DNA of 64,000 bases from Bacteriovoracia bacterium (lineage in GTDB: Bacteria; Bdellovibrionota; Bacteriovoracia; Bacteriovoracales; Bacteriovoracaceae): NCBI GenBank assembly GCA_046570105.1, contig JBKHVI010000009.1, positions 10,010 to 74,009 of the forward strand. Reading direction: 5' to 3'. This document shows positions 57,315-64,000 of the stretch, piece after piece. Made by a program: the position numbers and the translations under genes. The stretch's first letter is position 1. Each line of letters begins with the position of its first letter. Under the pieces are notes generated by a model. The model ran no database searches. It was not told where the DNA came from and worked only from the letters and a program-made list of their open reading frames with translations.

Positions 57315-58055
57315 ATGAAAAACCTCAAAAACCTTTCTCTTTCCTCAGGAATTACTCTGGGCATCATGTTTGTCGCCATGCTGGGCTACAAGACGATTCC
57401 AGAGGGAAATACGCTGCACCGTTTGATGCAAGTCATCGGTGGAGATATTGTCGGTGGTGGCTACATTCAAGCGCTGACTTATTTTGCTTTTTTCTTGGCT
57501 CTTTTTGAAACGCGTCGAAGAATTCGTGGTGTCCATCGTGAACGTCGCGCTTTTACCATGAACGTTATTCCTACCAATGAGAAAAATGTTTTTCTTCCTA
57601 ACGATATTAACAATCTTAAATTTAAATTAGTGGAGCTAGCGAAAAAAGATCGCTTCATTTTGATCGATCTATTGAAAAAAACCTGCACCAAGTTTCGAAG
57701 TGCGGACAATCTGGGTGAGTTGATTGATATCGTTTCTATGCAAGTAGAAATTTATCAAGACAAAGCTGAGTCTGATCAATCTGTTATTCGTTATTTAGTT
57801 TGGGTTATTCCATCGCTGGGATTTATCGGTACCGTTATCGGTATTTCCATGGCGCTGGCGATTGCTAACTCAGGTGACATGGAAGCGATTACTACGGCCC
57901 TCGCTGTCGCATTCGATACCACTCTGGTGGCACTTGTGTTGTCAGTCATCATCATGTGGTACTTGCATGAGTTGCAAGAAAAGTACGACAAACTTCATTC
58001 TGATTTGAAAGAATTTGTTATTGAAAACTTTATTAACAAAATTGAGCTTAACTAA
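57315..58055 (+). CDS. MotA/TolQ/ExbB proton-channel family protein
   Basis: 4 TMs; IPSLGFIGTVIGI and LAVAFDTTLVAL motifs. Confidence 0.88.
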   Translation: MKNLKNLSLSSGITLGIMFVAMLGYKTIPEGNTLHRLMQVIGGDIVGGGYIQALTYFAFFLALFETRRRIRGVHRERRAFTMNVIPTNEKNVFLPNDINNLKFKLVELAKKDRFILIDLLKKTCTKFRSADNLGELIDIVSMQVEIYQDKAESDQSVIRYLVWVIPSLGFIGTVIGISMALAIANSGDMEAITTALAVAFDTTLVALVLSVIIMWYLHELQEKYDKLHSDLKEFVIENFINKIELN

Positions 58056-58919
58056 ATGCCTCGTCGTCGCGAGATAAATGCTTTTAGCTTGTCCTTTCTG
58101 GATATCATCTCAGGTGCCCTAGGTGCGGTGATTATTCTTTATGTCGCGGTTCCTAAAGGTAACCCACAAAACGATACAACCAAAAAGATCGAAGAGCTGG
58201 TGAGAGCGAAAGATGCGCAAATGCAGGAAATGCAAAACGAGCTAGCGGAACTACGTGAGCTGCGTGAGAGTGCGAAGCTTGCTATCCAAGAAAATGAAGC
58301 CCTCAAGACTCAGGTAGCTGCGACTCCACCTGTAGAATCGAAAGAGCCTACTGAAGATATGACGGGAATGGATGTCGGCTTTAAGTTTAAAGGCAGAAAT
58401 ATTGTTTTCATCGTCGATACTTCTCGTTCGATGTTAGACGAAGATCGCATGGGGCAAGTGAAGGCCGGTCTTAAAATGCTTTTGACTTCCATGCCACCAC
58501 AATATCGTATTGAGATTGTGCAATTCCCTAATGGTTCTCGTTCTCCTTACCGTGCTTTGTTTAAAGAGATGAAAGAGCTAGGGACGGAGACAAAGCTTGA
58601 TGCCTTCGATTTTATCTATGCTATGAAGCCTGATGGGGCGACACCGACGCGCGATACGCTCAACTATATTTTTAAAAATTATATGCAGATGACGGACATC
58701 GTTCTTTTAACTGATGGGGAACCCAGTCTGCATCAGTCACCTATTAAGGATGATATCTACGATTTGTTGGGTCACATCCGCGAGCTGAATAAAATCCTCA
58801 AAGTGCAAATCAACACAATTGGTGTTGGCCAAGAAGTCCTGCACGACAAAACCGGAAAGCCTTATCAGTTTCTACGAATGTTAGCTGAGCAAAATAGTGG
58901 ATTTTTCGTCGGTTTCTAA
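58056..58919 (+). CDS. MotB/ExbD-like TM helix plus coiled coil plus vWA domain protein
   Basis: FSLSFLDIISGALGAVIILY TM containing Asp; MIDAS DTSRS...T...LLTDG. Confidence 0.85.
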   Translation: MPRRREINAFSLSFLDIISGALGAVIILYVAVPKGNPQNDTTKKIEELVRAKDAQMQEMQNELAELRELRESAKLAIQENEALKTQVAATPPVESKEPTEDMTGMDVGFKFKGRNIVFIVDTSRSMLDEDRMGQVKAGLKMLLTSMPPQYRIEIVQFPNGSRSPYRALFKEMKELGTETKLDAFDFIYAMKPDGATPTRDTLNYIFKNYMQMTDIVLLTDGEPSLHQSPIKDDIYDLLGHIRELNKILKVQINTIGVGQEVLHDKTGKPYQFLRMLAEQNSGFFVGF

Positions 58920-59008
58920 TTTAACCTAAATTTAACCGGTGTAATTTGCCCAAGCCTTGCACAAACTCTTGGCGGCAGAGATGCTATGAGTGACGCTAGG
59001 AGGCGCTC

Positions 59009-59911
59009 ATGCGTTTTATTTTACCTTTATTCATTATTGTTTCGAGCTGTGCTCACCAACCGGTCACCGGCTGGAATCCGCAAAAAAATGCGGCCACTCA
59101 AAGAGTACACGAAGAGACACTCAAGGCCTTGGCCGATGATGGGCGAGTGCCTGCATCACCAGTGCCGGATCTCTCAGTCAGTCTGAGTGATCTAAATCGC
59201 GTGAAGCCTGGAAAATTTGAAGTCTATGTTTTCCCAAAGGTGAGCGGGATACAAAATAAAACATCTGATCCAACGGATGTTTATTTAAGTCAGCCTCGCG
59301 CTTTTGAAGTTTCAGTGATTGCTGAAAATCCTTGTCGCCAGTTTATTCAGCGTGGGCTTTTCGCCAGTCTCAAACCGAAAGATGTATTCCCTCAAGCTCT
59401 TGCAGAGAACGCCACTCGCCGCTGTGCCATTATTGAAGTGACTGATAAACGTCTTAAGGCAATTGGTCGCGGAGAATTGAAAGCAAATGATCAATTGAGT
59501 ATGCGTTTATTTGTTGATGACACTTACCGCGTTCACGCCGTTGACAGCACACTTTATGAAACACCAAGCAAAAATCGAGTTGTTCGAATTGTGAACGAAG
59601 AAAATCTTTCGGCTTTTTCTGGTTTGTCTTTGTTCCCAGTTGATCTCCCATCAAGTCGCGCTAAGTTTGTTGCTGGTAAACCCAGTGAACAATTTAGTTT
59701 GTTAGATGGAGTAGCAGTTCATCAAATCCGCAATCGCTTCTCTCGTAATTTCTCTCCTGTACAGTGTGATGGAGGCGTAACGACTGAGCGTGATGATTAT
59801 GGATCACTGGTTAAAGTGGGTTGGTGTAAAGGTATGCCATGGCCTTCCTATACAGAGAATGCCAGGTTCTTCTCAGTCACCCAGCCGCTTTCAGTAGGAG
59901 GTGCTCGATGA
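59009..59911 (+). CDS. lipoprotein
   Basis: Lipobox VSSC; SD AGGAGG. Confidence 0.75.
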   Translation: MRFILPLFIIVSSCAHQPVTGWNPQKNAATQRVHEETLKALADDGRVPASPVPDLSVSLSDLNRVKPGKFEVYVFPKVSGIQNKTSDPTDVYLSQPRAFEVSVIAENPCRQFIQRGLFASLKPKDVFPQALAENATRRCAIIEVTDKRLKAIGRGELKANDQLSMRLFVDDTYRVHAVDSTLYETPSKNRVVRIVNEENLSAFSGLSLFPVDLPSSRAKFVAGKPSEQFSLLDGVAVHQIRNRFSRNFSPVQCDGGVTTERDDYGSLVKVGWCKGMPWPSYTENARFFSVTQPLSVGGAR

Positions 59912-61317
59912 GAACTTTATTATTGGCACTCTTCTTATCTACCAGCGCCCTAGCACAAGACACGGGTGGCTTTGAGATCACAAAAAACAGTTTCAAAGAC
60001 CTTTATAATCAACATCGTATTGCTCAACCCAAAATTACTCCTTGGGCAGGCAACTTCTTTCCTTACTCAAGTAAGGGGACTGCCATCAAACTTGATAAAG
60101 ACGGCAATGATGACAGTGCTGGTCGCTCGCCGATGGAAGTCTATGGTGTGCTCGCTCGCATTGGTAAAGAAGCCCATGATTGGGAAAAAGAAAATCACAG
60201 CTGTGACAATCTTACGGGAGAGTTAAAAAAATCATGTGAATCATGGTGGGGCCACTGTAATGGTTGGTCAGCTGCTGCCATTAAAGAGATGGAGCCTCGT
60301 AAAGCGATCAAAGTGGGAGCTCAAACTCTGAGTGTCGCCGAACAAAAAGGGATTTACACTGAGCTCTGGCTCTCAAGTGCGAGTCTTAATGCTGGCTGGA
60401 CAGATAAAAATAAAAAGACCGGTGCTTGGGTGCATGATCACAATCGCCCAACGGAATCTTATAAGATGTTCTGGGACGTTAGTCCTCGAGCGTTCTTTTT
60501 AATTTTCACCAACTATGTCGGCGCACAAAAAACCGGTGTTGTTGTTGATCGTTTTACTGGTGATGAAGTATGGAACCAACCGATTGTTGGTCACCGATTC
60601 TTGCCCATCAGAAAAGAAGATATCTCGCAGGTTCGTGACGGCTCTCGCAGCTACTGGAGTGCGCTTATTCGTGTGAAGATTTACTGGGCCAACGATCTAG
60701 GAACTGCTCCAGGACATATCAGTAAGCCCTTTGATATTAAGAAAGTGAAAGACACTGAAGATGTGGAGTATTTTGGTGAAGACTACGAGGGCCGCTACTT
60801 GGCTTTCCGATTGAACTTCGACAAAGAACTCGTGATGTCGGCCAATGGCACGACAGTAACTTCAGTGGGTCGCATGATTGGTGATGGTATTTGGGAGCAC
60901 CAAGAAAATTCTCGCCAAGCGGGAAATCTGGATGAAACACATCCTGATTTTATTTGGCTACCGACTGATCCGATTCAAGATTACAACGGCAATTACGGCA
61001 ACCCGTATATGGATGCTTCGGTTGTCGCAAAAATTTCACGCGGTCAACCTCCAGCGCCATCGACCCCAACTGCTTCGCAGTTACGTCTGATTTTCCCTCC
61101 GCGTGCTTTCGGTGGAGCACCACTTGAAGCTGAAGATGTGAAGAAAGCCGTTACGAAAGTCATTCGTCGTGAGGCGATTAAGCATGCGATCTATCTTAAA
61201 GATATCGAGATTTCGCGCAATCGCGTTCTTGTCCCAGTGCGTTTCCCTCAGGGAGTAAACGCTAAGGCACTAGAATCGCTATTCAAAGCTGCCGAAATGG
61301 ACGTTCGCATAGAGTAG
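59908..61317 (+). CDS. secreted transglutaminase-elicitor (Phytophthora GP42-like) family protein
   Basis: ATG at 59908 gives signal peptide ..ALA; PWAGNFFP, WWGHCNGWSAAAI.E.EP and VWNQPI motifs. Confidence 0.78.
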   Translation: MRTLLLALFLSTSALAQDTGGFEITKNSFKDLYNQHRIAQPKITPWAGNFFPYSSKGTAIKLDKDGNDDSAGRSPMEVYGVLARIGKEAHDWEKENHSCDNLTGELKKSCESWWGHCNGWSAAAIKEMEPRKAIKVGAQTLSVAEQKGIYTELWLSSASLNAGWTDKNKKTGAWVHDHNRPTESYKMFWDVSPRAFFLIFTNYVGAQKTGVVVDRFTGDEVWNQPIVGHRFLPIRKEDISQVRDGSRSYWSALIRVKIYWANDLGTAPGHISKPFDIKKVKDTEDVEYFGEDYEGRYLAFRLNFDKELVMSANGTTVTSVGRMIGDGIWEHQENSRQAGNLDETHPDFIWLPTDPIQDYNGNYGNPYMDASVVAKISRGQPPAPSTPTASQLRLIFPPRAFGGAPLEAEDVKKAVTKVIRREAIKHAIYLKDIEISRNRVLVPVRFPQGVNAKALESLFKAAEMDVRIE

Positions 61318-61335
61318 TTTTATACTTAACCCCGT

Positions 61336-62016
61336 ATGAAGGCATGTTTACTTGCCTTCTGCGGGGTTTTTCTATTTATGACTACCGCAGAAGCACAAAA
61401 AGTTGATTGGCGCGAATTTTCTCACACGGTGGGAATCGCGATTGAAAAGGCCGGCGGCCCCACGACTTGTTCTGGAATTCTTATTTCTCCCACCGTCGTT
61501 TTAACTGCAGCTCATTGTGTGGATGGTTTTCTCAAAGCGCGCGTGACCACTGAGCGCAGTTTGCGCAAACAAGATGTGAAATTCATCGATGTCACCCGTG
61601 GTTCAATGCATCCCGGTTATCGCGGCAATCTGCCTGGCGGAAGTGTTGATGTGGGCCTGTTATTTTTAAAAGAAGCCATTCAAAACGAATTTAATCCTAC
61701 TCAAATCGGAACACTTAAGACGGATCTTCCGTTTGAGCGTATTGGGTTTGGAGGACGTGCTGGAGAAAATATTCGTACTTGGATTCTCTCATTCTACGAA
61801 GGTGAGTTCGGCGATTATCTACGTGCCCGCGATGAGCTGGGTGTGTTAGGTGATTCGGGGGGACCTGTATTTCAGCGCCAAAAAGAGGGCCTGCGACTGA
61901 TTGGTGTGCATACAGGTCGAGAGATTGCCACCAGTGGTATGCTCACAAATATTTCTTATATCCAGCCACTGACATCTAAAGTTTTAAGCTGGGTGACGAG
62001 CGAACTTAATAAGTAG
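61336..62016 (+). CDS. secreted trypsin-like (S1) serine protease
   Basis: CSGILI, LTAAHC, DVGLL and GDSGGP motifs. Confidence 0.92.
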   Translation: MKACLLAFCGVFLFMTTAEAQKVDWREFSHTVGIAIEKAGGPTTCSGILISPTVVLTAAHCVDGFLKARVTTERSLRKQDVKFIDVTRGSMHPGYRGNLPGGSVDVGLLFLKEAIQNEFNPTQIGTLKTDLPFERIGFGGRAGENIRTWILSFYEGEFGDYLRARDELGVLGDSGGPVFQRQKEGLRLIGVHTGREIATSGMLTNISYIQPLTSKVLSWVTSELNK

Positions 62017-62436
62017 TTACTCGTCGACTTCGGTGCGCAGTAATTTTCCATTTTCTGCATTCACAATATAATCCACGTTCTTTTTATTCTCGATACCTTC
62101 CAAATCATAGAGCCAGTCACCATCGTCACTTTGCTCAAAGATCCATTCACCTTGTAATGTTTTGCCGGCTTTCTTAAGGGCAGCCACAACATCTTTCAGT
62201 GGCAAACGCTTTTCACCAGGTTCGAAGACATCACCTTTTTCAGCTGATAATCCTGAAGCTTCTTCCAGGTCACCGTCTTGATCAATCCCAAGTTCCACTT
62301 CAGTATTTTGAGCAGTGGTGACTTTAATTTCAAAGCTTGTTTTGGATTTTATTTTTCCACCAGGCACGAGCTTCAATGCATCGACATCGGCAAAGGCGGG
62401 GAGAGAAATAAGAGTGAAGATTACGGGCCAGAACAT
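62017..62436 (-). CDS. secreted PepSY-domain protein
   Basis: Signal peptide AFA; C-terminal WLYDLE...YIVNAENGKLL. Confidence 0.75.
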   Translation of the reverse strand: MFWPVIFTLISLPAFADVDALKLVPGGKIKSKTSFEIKVTTAQNTEVELGIDQDGDLEEASGLSAEKGDVFEPGEKRLPLKDVVAALKKAGKTLQGEWIFEQSDDGDWLYDLEGIENKKNVDYIVNAENGKLLRTEVDE

Positions 62437-62479
62437 GAGGGACTCCTTGTAAGAAATCCCTCATAGGCTAAATGAATTT

Positions 62480-62626
62480 CTACTGGTTGAACAGACCGTT
62501 CATTTCTCTTTGGTAGTCACGCTGTTCTGTTTGTCCTTCAGCATCAGATGCTGGATCACGATCAGACAAAGAGGCGCAGGCCGTGAATGCAAAAAGTGTT
62601 AAGAGTACTAAAATTTTGTGTGCCAT
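62480..62626 (-). CDS. small 48-aa lipoprotein (below the ORF-track cut-off)
   Basis: SD AAGGAGG; MAHKILVLLTLFAFTACASLSDRDPASDAEGQTEQRDYQREMNGLFNQ; lipobox FTAC; TATAAT upstream. Confidence 0.75.
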   Translation of the reverse strand: MAHKILVLLTLFAFTACASLSDRDPASDAEGQTEQRDYQREMNGLFNQ

Positions 62627-62738
62627 AAACCCTCCTTCCTAGATTGGTTCTTTAGGTCATGGCCTATTATACAACAGTTTAGGAAAAATCACTTAAAGAA
62701 GCAGTAAAGTTAAGGTTAATTCTAGGCCGCAAAATGGA

Positions 62739-63569
62739 TTAGTTGCCTGGTGAACTCGGTGATTTCTGAAGAGCAGTTTCTAAGTCTAATAAAACACGTT
62801 CACTCTCTTCGGGGTAATCGTCAGGCGTAATAAGAATGGTTTCAATCTGGGCAAGCGTAAGCTCTTCCATTAATTCATCAGTATGCAGACCACCGACAAT
62901 GAGAATCGGATTCTCTGCGCGGTATTTCACCAGCATCTTTAAAAAAAGTGTATTGCGCTCACTGATAAATTTTCGAAAATTCGCCAATTCAATCCGACCT
63001 TGCTCCCGTGCAGAATTGATAGGATCAGCGGTTTTCTTTTTGTGGGCTTCTTCCAGTGCTTGGTGATAGCGCTTAAACATCACTGTGCCAGGCTTCGCTT
63101 CTGTGAGGCGAATATAAAAACCAAGATTGCCTTTGGCATCACTCAAAGCGCGCTGATTTTCAGTAATCAACTTCATATCATCGGCACAGATGGCTTTTAC
63201 TTGCTGAGGGAATTTGGCACGCAGCTTTAGTGGGATGGAGGTAATGATATCTGCATAGTCACGACGAGAACTATAGCCTTTCAGCAAATCGTAACTCCAA
63301 CCATTCACCGCCACAAAACCTTTTTCAACGGGAAGTTCGGCCTGGCAACCTTCCACTAATAATGTGATGGCTCCTTTGCTCTCAATTTCACTGACGAGAT
63401 AATCGTAAATTTCTTTTTGGTTATTATATTGTGGAAGTTCGCGGCTGGCAGTCACATCGGTAGTTTGAGTTGATGGAGAAGCATGCCATTGCTTGATGAG
63501 TGTAACTGTTCCTGGGGGATTTTGCTTATGACTGCAACTAAAGAGAATGAGAAGGACTAGAAAACGCAT
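62739..63569 (-). CDS. lipoprotein, hypothetical
   Basis: MRFLVLLILFSC lipobox from ATG 63569; QWH, LVEG and VGGLH motifs. Confidence 0.7.
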   Translation of the reverse strand: MRFLVLLILFSCSHKQNPPGTVTLIKQWHASPSTQTTDVTASRELPQYNNQKEIYDYLVSEIESKGAITLLVEGCQAELPVEKGFVAVNGWSYDLLKGYSSRRDYADIITSIPLKLRAKFPQQVKAICADDMKLITENQRALSDAKGNLGFYIRLTEAKPGTVMFKRYHQALEEAHKKKTADPINSAREQGRIELANFRKFISERNTLFLKMLVKYRAENPILIVGGLHTDELMEELTLAQIETILITPDDYPEESERVLLDLETALQKSPSSPGN

Positions 63570-63582
63570 GCATCCCTTAGTA

Positions 63583-63999
63583 TCAAGTGTGATGTGTTTG
63601 GGCCTTTGTCTCTGGATGATCTTCACGCCATCCGACACCCGCAATCACACCAAGAAGAATAAAAACTAAACTTAGTTTTATCTTAAGTTCAAGCTTGTAT
63701 TCAATCAAGAAATAACTCAAGCACAGCACCACCGCTAAAAGTGTTCCGCCCCATCTTTTAATTGTCGGCGCCGGTTTTACTTTCGGCAGCGGCTGCCAAA
63801 GTTTGGGAGCGAACATAATGAAGTTTGAACTGAAAGGATTCACTCGCTCTTTAATTCCACGAATACCATAACGAACCGGCTCATTTTCTGGTTCATAAGT
63901 GCCAAAGATATAATCCCAAATGCTAATGAGGCCTGCGAAGTTTTTGTCGATGTACTGGGAATTTTTGCCGTGATGAACACGGTGATGTGAAGGTGTAAC
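63583..63999 (-). CDS. sterol desaturase / fatty-acid hydroxylase family protein, 3' part (starts beyond window end)
   Basis: The frame reads VTPSHHRVHHGKN.QYIDKNFA...WDYIFGT and is continuous with track ORF 63583-63843. Confidence 0.88.
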   Translation of the reverse strand, partial: VTPSHHRVHHGKNSQYIDKNFAGLISIWDYIFGTYEPENEPVRYGIRGIKERVNPFSSNFIMFAPKLWQPLPKVKPAPTIKRWGGTLLAVVLCLSYFLIEYKLELKIKLSLVFILLGVIAGVGWREDHPETKAQTHHT

Positions 64000-64000
64000 C

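Noticed and set aside
57315..58919. Zorya ZorAB or flagellar MotAB
   Set aside because: The A subunit lacks the long ZorA tail, the B subunit has vWA rather than an OmpA-like domain, and there are no zorC/D/E or flagellar neighbours.
207..63230. Numerous 60-150 aa antisense and alternate-frame ORFs in the track (e.g. 4382-4804, 9067-9453, 27475-27930, 53736-54176)
   Set aside because: They are shadows of well-supported genes, with no recognisable motifs.

Overview
64 kb of chromosomal core genome from a bacterium that is most likely a predatory Bdellovibrionota (Bacteriovoracaceae-like). That assignment is inferred from the many secreted proteases and lipoproteins, a TIGR02147-like protein, sigma28 and sigma54 promoters, and R-x-[PI]-A-S motifs. 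Housekeeping genes: coaX (partial)-panB-ilvC, yacG, suhB, kdsD, lnt, dksA, mltG-ruvX-dinB, rho-DUF1385-prfA-prmC-murA, guaBA, fabH, mtnBDC, dnaE, queC, pgm, ilvE. There is also a 9-gene TonB uptake operon and several secreted enzymes. I saw no rRNA, tRNA, CRISPR array, prophage or transposase. The most unusual signals are: (1) a dispersed family of ~160-bp structured elements (two full copies at 51679-51839 and 56013-56178, two internally deleted copies at 5547-5595 and 33447-33494), all between convergent genes, with covarying terminal inverted repeats, invariant internal boxes and unrelated spacers of conserved length; (2) a tandem pair of ~240-bp units between murA and a HIT gene, each with a perfect SD, a 19-codon ORF, three hairpins and a terminator; (3) a MotA/ExbB-like gene paired with a MotB/ExbD-like TM helix fused to a vWA domain, followed by a transglutaminase-elicitor-family gene; (4) at least five leaderless-type promoters (TAnnnT-N6-ATG). 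All family assignments come from motifs read by eye; no database search was run.
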